In this document: positions 19,441 to 29,009 of the stretch, one piece after another
Layout: each line of letters begins with the position of its first letter
Position numbering within the stretch: the first letter of the stretch is position 1
Virus record (IMG/VR): IMGVR_UViG_3300033068_001325
DNA: 64,000 bases
DNA from: an uncultured virus (IMG/VR IMGVR_UViG_3300033068_001325)
Lineage: Duplodnaviria; Heunggongvirae; Uroviricota; Caudoviricetes
Reading direction: 5' to 3' (one strand)
Position numbers and translations under genes: made by a program
Notes under the pieces: generated by a model
Database searches by the model: none
What the model was told of the DNA's origin: nothing
What the model saw: only the letters and a program-made list of their open reading frames with translations

Positions 19441-20924
19441 CAGTTCTGCCCCGCGTTGGCCTGTGCGGCAAAGGCGCGATTTTTCACCGCCTTCTCAAAA
19501 GAGGCGGCCCACTCATTGGGGTCTGCAGTCTTCGGCGCCTGCACATTGACGGTGCCGATATGGACTTCTGTCGTTGACGTGCTGCCGCCGGCGCTTCCAT
19601 CACGCACGCCCTGCCACCGACCGATCCCCGTGTTCCTGGCGCCATGAAAGGCAGCCCAGCCGTTCTTCTGCACGTCGTCGAGTGCGAATTGAATTCCGGC
19701 CCGCTCATTGTTCGGGTCAGCCGGATCAAGACCGGTCTTGGATCGAAACTGATCTCCCAGATGCCCCTTGCTTCCACCAGGCGATACGTTGAGCTGAAAG
19801 GCTCCGTAGGATGTCTCGCCCGGAATTGTGCTGCGGAAGTTGTTGAAGCCTTCCGATCGCGCAACGGCCATCGCCACGTTCGGATTGATGCCGCGCTTCG
19901 CCGCTTCCGCGCGAATGAAGGCCTCTTTTTCGGCCTGGGAAGAGAAGGCGCCAGCTGTGTAGCCCGAGGATGGAGAAGTGGAAGCGAGCGCGCCCGATTT
20001 CGCCGACGTCCATGTCATGCCCTGCTTTAGAGCGCCCCACAGCTCGCCAAAACTGGTTTGAGAAAATGGGTTCACCCATTTCCGATCGGAAGACAGATCC
20101 TTCGCTACCGTCTGCAGAAAATCCGCAACCGCTCCCGCAACGCTGAAGCCGCCCTCACTCTTCTGTGCAAGCAACTTGCTCGCCTTGCCCTCGATCGCGA
20201 CACTGACAGCGTTCCATGCCTTTGCGAGCTCGCCGGCCTGTTCTGTGCTTTCGCGCGTAGCGACGCCCATGCGCTTCACATAGTCGAGAATGCGCTCCAG
20301 CTTGTCGGGGCCCTGGATGAGCAGATCGTAGAATGCGGGGTCAATTCCCAGGCGGCGCCCGAACAGGCCGGCTGTCGCCGGATCTCGATCGTGGATTGCT
20401 TTCAGGTTGGCGGACAGCTTCTTGAAGCTGTTTTCAATGCTGTCGTTGACGTCGATGATATTGCCGCCGGCGGCCGACACCGCGCGTAGCTCGGAAATGA
20501 GCGGCGACACAGCGCCAATCTTGAAACCGGCGAACGTGTCAGACAGCGTTGTGAACGACTGCGCCATCGCCTGCGCGTCGCCGCCGAAGATCCTGGCCGC
20601 TCCCTGCCAAGCATTGATGGTGGAGGCCGCCACACCAATGTTGCGCTCCAGGCGCCCGAGCGCGGCATTACTCTGCACGATTCCGGTGGTGAACTGCAGG
20701 AGACCCTTGCCGCCGGTGAACGCGGCAAACATGGTCAGGGCCGACGTGCGCAACATGCCGATCGCGTCGGCTGCTTTGCTGGAGCTGTGCTCAATTCTCT
20801 TTGCAGAAGAAAGCTGCTGCTCCTCGAACTTCTTTGCAGCTTCGTAAGCTTCGCGTTGCCCTTTGGTAAACTTGCTCGGGTCCAGACCGAATTCAACGAC
20901 GAAACTGTCAATGATCATCGGCAT
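19440..20924 (-). CDS. Tape measure protein with lysozyme/SLT-like domain
   Basis: IIDSFVVEFGLD start; IRAEAAKRGINPNVAMAVARSEG...SYGAFQL. Confidence 0.82.
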   Translation of the reverse strand: MPMIIDSFVVEFGLDPSKFTKGQREAYEAAKKFEEQQLSSAKRIEHSSSKAADAIGMLRTSALTMFAAFTGGKGLLQFTTGIVQSNAALGRLERNIGVAASTINAWQGAARIFGGDAQAMAQSFTTLSDTFAGFKIGAVSPLISELRAVSAAGGNIIDVNDSIENSFKKLSANLKAIHDRDPATAGLFGRRLGIDPAFYDLLIQGPDKLERILDYVKRMGVATRESTEQAGELAKAWNAVSVAIEGKASKLLAQKSEGGFSVAGAVADFLQTVAKDLSSDRKWVNPFSQTSFGELWGALKQGMTWTSAKSGALASTSPSSGYTAGAFSSQAEKEAFIRAEAAKRGINPNVAMAVARSEGFNNFRSTIPGETSYGAFQLNVSPGGSKGHLGDQFRSKTGLDPADPNNERAGIQFALDDVQKNGWAAFHGARNTGIGRWQGVRDGSAGGSTSTTEVHIGTVNVQAPKTADPNEWAASFEKAVKNRAFAAQANAGQN

Positions 20925-21160
20925 CAGGGTGCCTTCGGCGGGTTGAGAACGCGCCGGTTGTGCGCGTCGATCGCGACGATGTCGAGCATGTCGAAACAAT
21001 CCTTCAAGCTGTAGACCGTCGACAACTCGTGCAGCGTGGCCATCCGCATTGAAATCACACGGCTGGTGATTGGTCTTCTTGGGTAACCGAGGAGCTTGCC
21101 CTCTGCATCGCCGAGCTCACCGCCGCTAATTTCGATGTGAGCTCGGCCAAAGTAAAACCC
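20924..21160 (-). CDS. -1 frame extension of the tail assembly chaperone (gpGT-like)
   Basis: -1 frame open from G_GGT_TTT (21160-21154) to TGA 20926-20924; encodes VISMRMATLHELSTVYSLKDCFDMLDIVAIDAHN; absent from the ORF track. Confidence 0.8.
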   Translation of the reverse strand, partial: GFYFGRAHIEISGGELGDAEGKLLGYPRRPITSRVISMRMATLHELSTVYSLKDCFDMLDIVAIDAHNRRVLNPPKAP

Positions 21161-21540
21161 GTGTGCAGCTCTACAATGGCCTGTCGAAGCTCGAGCAGCG
21201 TCGACACTTCCTCGACCTGCGAGCGCTCAAATGGCTGCGTTATAATTTCAGAATGCTTGATCGAAACGCAAGCCGGCAACATTTCTCGCCATAGTGGGAG
21301 AATAGATTCCTCTTTTGCTCCCATGAAGGCCTGATAGCCAACAAGCGGAATAGCCAGAACCCCGAGCCCCATCATTTCCTGGGGGATGACGATCCCGCTG
21401 GTGCCGAGAGCCATAAGCGCGCGCAGTCCCCATTCTTCTGCCTGCACTGCGTCGACTTCGGTTACGACAAAAACTTTCCCGGCGTCGCGATTGTTCGTCG
21501 CGTTCGCCGGGATGGAAACCAGTGTCTTCCGTCTTGCCAA
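21055..21540 (-). CDS. Tail assembly chaperone (gpG-like)
   Basis: RDAGKVFVVTE..A.QAEEW..RAL; between tube and tape measure genes; probable TTG start. Confidence 0.78.
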   Translation of the reverse strand: MARRKTLVSIPANATNNRDAGKVFVVTEVDAVQAEEWGLRALMALGTSGIVIPQEMMGLGVLAIPLVGYQAFMGAKEESILPLWREMLPACVSIKHSEIITQPFERSQVEEVSTLLELRQAIVELHTGFTLAELTSKLAAVSSAMQRASSSVTQEDQSPAV

Positions 21541-21542
21541 AT

Positions 21543-21971
21543 CTAGCTCGGGTTGGGCACAACCCGCTCCCATACGATCGTTGCGCGCCGCGCTTTCAGT
21601 ACCCGGCCGGCTTCGGGCATCGGCGTCCAATCGCGAAGGATGCCGCGGCGCATCGTGAACTTCGACCCGACGGACGTCAAGATCGTGGTGCCCTGGATTC
21701 GGTACAGCGTAAGATCCGCCTTCTGCCGAAGCGCGATCTGATCGAAGAAAAACACCGACGGCGAATCCGCCATCAGGTCAAAGCTTTGCTCCGTCGGATT
21801 GTAGACGGCGCCGCCAGTCAGGTTGCCGTCGACGCCCATCTGGGTTTCCGCGACAGCCAGGACGTTGACGCCGTAAATGTTGTCAGCACTGAATTGCTGG
21901 ATCTGCTGAGGAATGTCGAATAGGCCGGCCACCGCCAGCATGATGACTGCATTGGCCGAAGTGATATCCAT
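21543..21971 (-). CDS. Tail tube protein
   Basis: DITSANAVIML...QQFSAD...MGVDGNL; follows the sheath gene. Confidence 0.82.
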   Translation of the reverse strand: MDITSANAVIMLAVAGLFDIPQQIQQFSADNIYGVNVLAVAETQMGVDGNLTGGAVYNPTEQSFDLMADSPSVFFFDQIALRQKADLTLYRIQGTTILTSVGSKFTMRRGILRDWTPMPEAGRVLKARRATIVWERVVPNPS

Positions 21972-22008
21972 GGCGAAGTCCCTTTTTCTTGAATGGAGGA
22001 AGACGGAA

Positions 22009-23745
22009 TCAGATCAGGACGATCGACGCCATTTCGAACTGCTGCACCGACTGGCCGTCGACATAGTAGAACGTCATGGGAGGCGAGCCGCGCGCAGCGC
22101 GCACTTCCGGCGCCGCAACGCCGATGTCCAGATACCAGCCCTGATTTGTCAGGGTGCTCGCAACATCCTTGTCCGCGCTGTCGTTGACGGCCGCCTTCTG
22201 CGATCCTGACAGCGCCACCCCGGCGCGGTAGGCGCCGAAATTGAGATACTGCTCGATCGTGTCGGCGAGCGCTGCCTCGATCAATGCCCGGCCCGCCGCA
22301 TTGTATGGGATCGAGTAGGCGTTCTGCAGAAGGTTCGCCAAATCGCGGGTAAATGCACTGTTGAGAGCGATCTGGTTGACATAGCTATCAGCCCACAAGA
22401 AATCCCCGGAGATCGAGCCATCGGTGTACCAGCGCCATTCTTCATCTCCATCGGCCGAGACTTCATAGAAATTGTAGCCGTTGGCCAGAAGATTGTCGTG
22501 CACTGTGTCGTCGCTTACGCCCACGGCCATTCCGGACTGTGATCGGAAGGCGAGCGTCACACGACCGTTGGTCTGTCGAAAGTCGATCGACGCGATGGCT
22601 CCGCATACAAAAGCACAAAGGTTGGCAAAATCCAGCGCGTCATCCGGCTCCGGCTGCCAGTTGCAGATCGTTCCGGAAATGCTGGCGTCCTGGATGAGTC
22701 GCGATAGACAGCTCGTTGCATCAGCGCTGGCCGTCGGCGCCGCGTCACTGTCGATCGCAACATAGACGAAGCGGTTGCTCTGCGTCGCATTCCATGTTGC
22801 GAAAGCGAGACGTTCGCTGTTTTCGTCGACGGCATCAGGATTGAAGGTCAGCATGAAGCTGGCGAATGCCCTGGTCACCTGCACCAAGGCATTCATAAAC
22901 GCCGCCGGCGTCGTCACGGCGGCAGCTCCCTGAGACAAAACCGCTCCAGTTGCCAACGTCATCTTCAGGCTCGCCGCGATGGTGCCGGTGGCGAACGCCG
23001 CGGTAGAGCTCGCGCCCACCGTCGGCGAAATGACTTTGAAAGCTCCGGCCACGCTGTCGTAGCTCACGCCAGCGAGCGTCGAAGTCATCGCCTCACTGCC
23101 GACGGTTTGCGACGCGCTCACCTGATACGTGCCAGCACCGCCCGGCGTGCCCGTGAGCTGCGACTTGATGTAGGTGCCTGCCGTCACTCCAGATCCAGCG
23201 ACTTTCCCGCCGATGTCAATTTCGCCGGTGACGCTGGAGGCGGTGAGCGTGGTCCCGGAAATGGCGCCGGTAAAGGATGCCGAGTTGGGCCCGTACACAT
23301 CCAGCGCAGCGCCGATGATTTGCGCAGCATTGGAGAAAGACGTGGCACCGGAAAGGTTCGGGTTTCCGCTCTTGGTGATGCCATCCAGGACGATCGAAAG
23401 AGATCCGGAAATCGCCTGCAACTGCACCAGCGTCAACGCCGAGACATCGCCGCCAAGCAGATACGCGCCGACATCCTCCGTGTTGTACTGAGCGAAGAGA
23501 ATCTTACCGGGCTTCCTGTTGGAGTTGTCGAAGCCGGCAAAATACTTCGCGGCTGCGCGCGCTTCGATCGTGTCGTCGCCGAAATAGTTTGAGACCGCAA
23601 GAGCGCTCCCGAGGGTGAGCACCGTTCCGATCGGCACGCGCCAATTGGTGGTCAGCAGCAGGCCGGCAAGCACAAGATCGCTGCCGCCGGCGGCCAGCAC
23701 CGACGGAGTAATGCGGACAACTTTGGTGATGGAGACGGTGCTCAT
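22009..23745 (-). CDS. Tail sheath protein (DUF3383-like)
   Basis: VRITPSVLAAGG...YFAGFDNS...ISGDFLWADSYVNQI...IPYN..G...ARGSPPMTFYY.DG. Confidence 0.9.
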   Translation of the reverse strand: MSTVSITKVVRITPSVLAAGGSDLVLAGLLLTTNWRVPIGTVLTLGSALAVSNYFGDDTIEARAAAKYFAGFDNSNRKPGKILFAQYNTEDVGAYLLGGDVSALTLVQLQAISGSLSIVLDGITKSGNPNLSGATSFSNAAQIIGAALDVYGPNSASFTGAISGTTLTASSVTGEIDIGGKVAGSGVTAGTYIKSQLTGTPGGAGTYQVSASQTVGSEAMTSTLAGVSYDSVAGAFKVISPTVGASSTAAFATGTIAASLKMTLATGAVLSQGAAAVTTPAAFMNALVQVTRAFASFMLTFNPDAVDENSERLAFATWNATQSNRFVYVAIDSDAAPTASADATSCLSRLIQDASISGTICNWQPEPDDALDFANLCAFVCGAIASIDFRQTNGRVTLAFRSQSGMAVGVSDDTVHDNLLANGYNFYEVSADGDEEWRWYTDGSISGDFLWADSYVNQIALNSAFTRDLANLLQNAYSIPYNAAGRALIEAALADTIEQYLNFGAYRAGVALSGSQKAAVNDSADKDVASTLTNQGWYLDIGVAAPEVRAARGSPPMTFYYVDGQSVQQFEMASIVLI

Positions 23746-23768
23746 GATTAGCGCATCCTTCTGGGGGG

Positions 23769-24350
23769 TTAACCGGTGGCGCTGGCCGTACTGTTGGGCC
23801 AGCTAGCGGGGTTGGTCTCGACGTCGACAATGCCGACAGCAAGCGTTCGCGCAGATTCGGTGACGCGAGTCAGCGTGAAATTGACCTGTAAATTCGCCTC
23901 GACAATCCATCGATCCTCATACTGCTTTTCGCCGCTGACGAATTGTGCCTGGCGTGGATCGTCGGCAAACAGCGGCGCGATGTCATCGTAGCTTTCAAAA
24001 AATTCGACCGCGTAGCTGTCACGGAACATGGTCGAGATCCGCGCCGAATTGTTGAAAGACTCTGGCCCGTGAACGTCGAGCTGGATGACGACTTGGGCGG
24101 ACTGCCTTGTCTTCGCCTCGGCACCGAGGGCCTGGAGCTCGTTGAAATTGGTCGACAGACGCGGCATGCGAAGCGGAGTCATCACGACGTAATTGGTCTC
24201 GCTCGGCTCCGATACCCGATTTTCCTGGCCGACGACAACAACGTGCCCGACGAAAGGAGATGCAGTTTGTGGAGGAAGAACGTCCTGCAGAAAAGCCCGA
24301 AGCGCCTCGAATACGTCGTCTTCCGTTGGCTCTTGGATAAACGTCGTCAT
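23769..24350 (-). CDS. Neck / tail terminator protein
   Basis: GQENRV.EP...IQLDVHG...PLFADDP.Q..F..GEKQYEDRW. Confidence 0.78.
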   Translation of the reverse strand: MTTFIQEPTEDDVFEALRAFLQDVLPPQTASPFVGHVVVVGQENRVSEPSETNYVVMTPLRMPRLSTNFNELQALGAEAKTRQSAQVVIQLDVHGPESFNNSARISTMFRDSYAVEFFESYDDIAPLFADDPRQAQFVSGEKQYEDRWIVEANLQVNFTLTRVTESARTLAVGIVDVETNPASWPNSTASATG

Positions 24351-27300
24351 GCCGCCTTCTCCAACCACATCGGATCGTTATCGTTCGAGGCCGGATCCAT
24401 ATCCCGCTTCAACAGAAAATTGAACATGCCCGTAAAGACGCCACGTCCGCTTGATCCATAAACCTGTCCATAAACGAAGGGATCACCCTCAATATCGTTG
24501 AAGCCGAGCGCTGAATAGGATGGCCATGTCGGCATCTTCGTCCAGGTGTTTCCTCCAGTGCAGGATGCCGATGCTCCAGAATTTCCGTGGTTCGCATCGT
24601 CGGTTGACTTCCATAGCCCGTAGTCCCCGTTGTACCAGCCAAGAACATAAATCGTGGGATAAGAGTTCCCCGGCTTCGCTCGGCCAAACCCGAACCCAGT
24701 CGGTTCGGAAAACCCACTGACCTGCTGCCATGTCACGGCGCTATTGCTATCGCCATTGCACGCGCGCCAAAGACCACTTGCTGCCGGATGATCGGCGTTG
24801 AGTGTTGGATTGTTGGCCGAAGCCCCTACAGGGCCAGAAGTGTAGAACAGATGCCCGCTTTCTCCTGGCACTGTTTTGATTTTCGAGTTGAACCCCCCGT
24901 TGGACTGCCACGATCCAGTCGCCGCAACTTGAACTAGCGTTCCTGATGGACTCCCGCAACCTGTCCACTTGTAGAGGCCAGTCGGGTAGTTGACGGCGAA
25001 GAACGTATTCGGCTGGACATAATCGGCAGCCACTTGTCGGGTGGCTAGGTAGGCTGCGAAGCCCCAGCCGGTTGCAGTCCAAAGGGCCGCACCGTTCGGA
25101 ATGCTGCGCCCTGTCGGGACCGCAAGGCTCAGAGTGACGTTCGGTGAACTGACCGAGGCGAGCGTATTCACATAGTCTCGACCGTCGTCCATCGGAATGT
25201 GGACGACGCTTCCGGCGGAAAGTCCCGACGTGCTGGCAAGCTGAATTACCGTGGTGCCCGCCGAGTACGGGCCACCGACCACGGTAGTTTGCGCTGGTGG
25301 TATGGCGGATGGGTAAGTCATCTGCGTCCACGACTGCCCGCCGTCCGTCGTGCAGATAGGGTACGAGCTGTTGCCCGCCACCATCGCGATATTGGTGCGA
25401 CTCGCCGCGGCGATGTAGCCTCCCGGCTCGCGCCACTTCGCGCCAATTCCGCCTCCGGTATAGGCGTTCGAGAAGGTGGAGCTTGGCCCGAGCGTGACCG
25501 CTCCAGACGCCCCCGATCCTGCAACGCTCTCAGCAATCCAGCACCCGTTTGCCTCAGTGGTGCCCAGCACACTTGAGAAGCAGACCGGCTCTCCGTTCGC
25601 GAGCAGCCCGAAGTTCCGATACATGTATGAGACGCGGATTTTTCCGCCGCTGTTGGCGGTATCAATCACGTTGAGCGTTCCGCCCCACGACGACATCTGC
25701 GTCGGTGCCGGAGACCACATGATGTAGCTGCCGCCCGTCGTGCTCATGCCGGCGCTATAGGTTGCGCCGACGAGATCGAACTGCGTGGGACTTATCTTGT
25801 TGACGGTGTAGCAGGCACCGCCGCCGATTAAATTGCTAGACGGCGTTACTGTCGAGATCGAGCAGACGATTGAGCCTGTGCCCGCACTCCACGTCGTCAG
25901 GCTGGCGGCGTCAGGTGTCGTCACGCGAACAACGCCAGATCCATTGTTCGAAATGCTGGTAGCCGGAACTTGCGAACCCCAAGTCCCGAAAGGCATGAAA
26001 GTCGCAAATCTATCAGTCGAGTAGCCGGACCAATCTAGTGTTCCGTTGAAATTATCGCTGATCTTGGCGACCAGAAACCCGCCATCGTTCGGCGGATTTG
26101 CGACACCGGAACCAAAGGTCAGCGTCCTCGCGGCGAGCCCTGGATAGACCGTACTCAGATTGCGGTTGTCCATCGTGTTGTAGGCGAACAGGCCGTTGTC
26201 CTGCTGCCCGATGACGGGCTTGTTGGCCTCCGGAACAGCGATGTTCCAGCCGATGCTTCCTTCTGTCCCGTCAGAAATCGATGTCCACACAAAACTGCTG
26301 GTAGGGAACGTCGTCGAATAGACCGCCTGTCCTCCCCCGAAAATCAGAAGGTCGTTGTTGAGCGGGTCAAACTCGACGGCCCCTGCAGTCATGTAGGCTT
26401 CATTGGCGAGAGCCGTCCACGGCGCATCGCCGGCTGCTCGCGTGAATGCAAGCTCTGCGGTGAACGAACTGCCACCATCCGATGACGAGCGAATGGCGCC
26501 GTTATTGCCGAGCACGACGACATGGTTCGTGTTGGCCGGATTGATCGCCACCCAATGGCAGCAATTTCCGCTGCCGGACAGCTTACTTGTCCAGGAACCC
26601 GCTGCCCCACCGCTATAAGTCCAGACCGTACCGCTCGCCGATGGCGTTCCCGATACGATCCAAACGACACCACTCGTAGGGTGAACCATCAACGCTTGCG
26701 CGGTAGTCGGTCCTCCAGCGGGAGCCGCCGCATATGTCGCTCCGGCATCTACAGAAACGTAAAGCCCGCCAGCGCCGTTGTTCGTGAAGATGTAAATCTT
26801 ATTCGTACAAACAGCGCTTCCACAAACCGACGTCCCCGAAGCGGGATCGAATGCGATGTTGTAGCCGTTGGTCGCAAGCGGAATGCTGCCGGTCGAGATT
26901 TGCGTCCAGGTGGTCGCGGCACCAGCTCGACCGTTCTTCGTTTCCCAGATTCCGTCCCCGTAGGTTCCTACGATGACGTGATCCGGGTTATTCGGGTCAA
27001 CCGCCATGCGGCGGCCACCGAGGCGACGCGGCTGATCATTCGAGTTGTCGTTGACGCTCTGCGGCCAACCAGAACCGCTCTCGCTCGCCTTCACCCATCG
27101 GATGCTGCTCGGCGTCGTTGTGTCGATCGTCGTCGAGACATAGACGAAGTTGCCATAGTTCATGTAGGCAACAGTCGCCGCCGATGGTGCCCCGGCTATT
27201 TCAAGGACGCCGTTACTGGAAGGACTCTGGAATTTTTGCGAGGTTCCTGTTGTTGGCTGAACGCCGTAGTTTGCTGCTGGCATCGTCGTCGAGTTGATGA

Positions 27301-27565
27301 CGTCGTACCAGCATCCGGTTACGGCCTGGGGGCCGCAGTTGGCCAGGTTGGCGGTCCAGATATATCCGCCGAAAACGTCGGCGCGGAGAAAGCGAACGCC
27401 CGTCGTCGAGAGATCGGTTCCAACGATCAGACCGCCGCCGCCCGTTTTGAGCGGGATGAATGTATTGGTAACCGGCGGGGATATTACATTGACCGCATGT
27501 TGCGACCATGAACAAAAAAATATTGCTATCGCGCAGAGTAGCGAAGCCCGAAAAAGTTTTTTCAT
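24347..27565 (-). CDS. Signal-peptide-bearing GH74/BNR beta-propeller protein (putative depolymerase or receptor-binding appendage)
   Basis: GGGG...RADVFGGYIW, MAVDPNNP, Asp-boxes SVDAGATY, SSDGGSSF, TTDGGQSW; MKKLFRASLLCAIAIFFCSWS N-terminus; ATGA overlaps. Confidence 0.8.
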   Translation of the reverse strand: MKKLFRASLLCAIAIFFCSWSQHAVNVISPPVTNTFIPLKTGGGGLIVGTDLSTTGVRFLRADVFGGYIWTANLANCGPQAVTGCWYDVINSTTMPAANYGVQPTTGTSQKFQSPSSNGVLEIAGAPSAATVAYMNYGNFVYVSTTIDTTTPSSIRWVKASESGSGWPQSVNDNSNDQPRRLGGRRMAVDPNNPDHVIVGTYGDGIWETKNGRAGAATTWTQISTGSIPLATNGYNIAFDPASGTSVCGSAVCTNKIYIFTNNGAGGLYVSVDAGATYAAAPAGGPTTAQALMVHPTSGVVWIVSGTPSASGTVWTYSGGAAGSWTSKLSGSGNCCHWVAINPANTNHVVVLGNNGAIRSSSDGGSSFTAELAFTRAAGDAPWTALANEAYMTAGAVEFDPLNNDLLIFGGGQAVYSTTFPTSSFVWTSISDGTEGSIGWNIAVPEANKPVIGQQDNGLFAYNTMDNRNLSTVYPGLAARTLTFGSGVANPPNDGGFLVAKISDNFNGTLDWSGYSTDRFATFMPFGTWGSQVPATSISNNGSGVVRVTTPDAASLTTWSAGTGSIVCSISTVTPSSNLIGGGACYTVNKISPTQFDLVGATYSAGMSTTGGSYIMWSPAPTQMSSWGGTLNVIDTANSGGKIRVSYMYRNFGLLANGEPVCFSSVLGTTEANGCWIAESVAGSGASGAVTLGPSSTFSNAYTGGGIGAKWREPGGYIAAASRTNIAMVAGNSSYPICTTDGGQSWTQMTYPSAIPPAQTTVVGGPYSAGTTVIQLASTSGLSAGSVVHIPMDDGRDYVNTLASVSSPNVTLSLAVPTGRSIPNGAALWTATGWGFAAYLATRQVAADYVQPNTFFAVNYPTGLYKWTGCGSPSGTLVQVAATGSWQSNGGFNSKIKTVPGESGHLFYTSGPVGASANNPTLNADHPAASGLWRACNGDSNSAVTWQQVSGFSEPTGFGFGRAKPGNSYPTIYVLGWYNGDYGLWKSTDDANHGNSGASASCTGGNTWTKMPTWPSYSALGFNDIEGDPFVYGQVYGSSGRGVFTGMFNFLLKRDMDPASNDNDPMWLEKAA

Positions 27566-28995
27566 CCCCCGATAAACCTCACACCCGAGCCATGCTGCCT
27601 CTGAGTCGATCCTGCATCCAAATAACTCGTAGCCGATCCAACCGGACCCGGACATCCTGCATTAGCTGCCGGCGAATTAGAGGGAATGGAAAAATCTCCG
27701 CTGCCAGGGTTCCCCAAAAGTGGGTTTGTCGTCAGTTCCGAACTATTGAGCGTAAAATTGACGACGTTGGTCCCCGCAGATGCGTAAAACACATTGCATC
27801 CATGATTTGTCGTCGTGACATCCGATCCCGATGGTAGCGAGACGTTCGCGCCAGAACCATTATTTTGAAAAATGCTGTTCCACAGGCTTGAATTTACTTG
27901 AGCTCCGGCAACTACTTCAAGCCCTACGCTGTTGTTGTAGACGGTGCTACCCGTGATGGTGAACGCGATGGTGGAGGTGCTCGATCCTGATGAGTGATAA
28001 ATCCCTCGCCCCGTGTTGTTCGCGATCGTACTGTTGAGGATGGTAGTGCTGGAGTTGGCGAACGACATTTCCACGCCGTCACCGCCGCAGCCATGCAGGT
28101 AGCTGGCAACAAGTAGAAGGCCACCAAATGTTCCGTTGCGTACGCAATCTCCGCCGACTCCGACAACCTCGCTGTTAAGTATCTGCGCCGTCGCCGCTAG
28201 CTGGATTCCGTCTCCCGTTCCGCCACCGCTAGGGTGATTCACCTTTACATTGCTAATCTGGCTCCAGTTATTGAATGCCGTCATGAGCGCGCCACTCGAT
28301 CCGGATTGGCGCAATTCCAGATTGCTTATGACGTAGTAACTGACGCCGCTCGCATTGATGACATTCACATTGTTCGCACCGACATCGAGAAGGATGCGGG
28401 GGCCGCCCGGTTTTCCGATAATGCGTATCGGCCCGGTGGTCAGGTCTCCGCTTACGATCCCGGTCCAGAAAGCCGCCGTTCGCGCTGCTGGATCGTTGTT
28501 GAATTGGACGGTATCCCCCGGACGAACGGAGCCTAAGATAACGATGGCTCCCGAACCTGACGGGTAGAGATAGCGCCCACCTATTGCCCAACTCGATCCC
28601 GAGCAACTAGAGCACGTCGGCGCAGCGGGGGCTCCGCTTGTGGTGACCGAGCAGGAGCCCGATCCGGTGCAACCGGTTACTCCCGTAATCCAGAAAATTT
28701 TGTTTTGACCGGAGTTGTTCGTCGCATTGTTGAGATAGATTGCTTGATCACCAGCTACCGAGAGTCCTGTGAGATTGGTGTTGGTGTCGAGCGTTATCGT
28801 ATTTGTCCCGGTAGTCCACGCAGCCGCCGCCCCAGAATATGGGGCCGTGTTGGCATCAGTAGTTCCCGAGTTGGTGGCTGACCCTCCGGTGTCGACATAG
28901 ATCGTTCCGGATGCAGCATAGGAAATCTTGGGCGTAAAAACGCACAGCAAGACGAGGGCGGCGATCAGGCGCCGGACCACAAACTTCTTCATCAT
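27562..28995 (-). CDS. Signal-peptide-bearing right-handed beta-helix (pectin-lyase-like) protein
   Basis: IYVDTGGSATNSG; repeats ILNSTIANNTGRGI, ITGSTVYNN; NPLLGNPGSGDFSI..NSPA..AG; MMKKFVVRRLIAALVLLCVFTPKISYA/A. Confidence 0.8.
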   Translation of the reverse strand: MMKKFVVRRLIAALVLLCVFTPKISYAASGTIYVDTGGSATNSGTTDANTAPYSGAAAAWTTGTNTITLDTNTNLTGLSVAGDQAIYLNNATNNSGQNKIFWITGVTGCTGSGSCSVTTSGAPAAPTCSSCSGSSWAIGGRYLYPSGSGAIVILGSVRPGDTVQFNNDPAARTAAFWTGIVSGDLTTGPIRIIGKPGGPRILLDVGANNVNVINASGVSYYVISNLELRQSGSSGALMTAFNNWSQISNVKVNHPSGGGTGDGIQLAATAQILNSEVVGVGGDCVRNGTFGGLLLVASYLHGCGGDGVEMSFANSSTTILNSTIANNTGRGIYHSSGSSTSTIAFTITGSTVYNNSVGLEVVAGAQVNSSLWNSIFQNNGSGANVSLPSGSDVTTTNHGCNVFYASAGTNVVNFTLNSSELTTNPLLGNPGSGDFSIPSNSPAANAGCPGPVGSATSYLDAGSTQRQHGSGVRFIGG

Positions 28996-29009
28996 GCGAG
29001 CCCCTTCCC

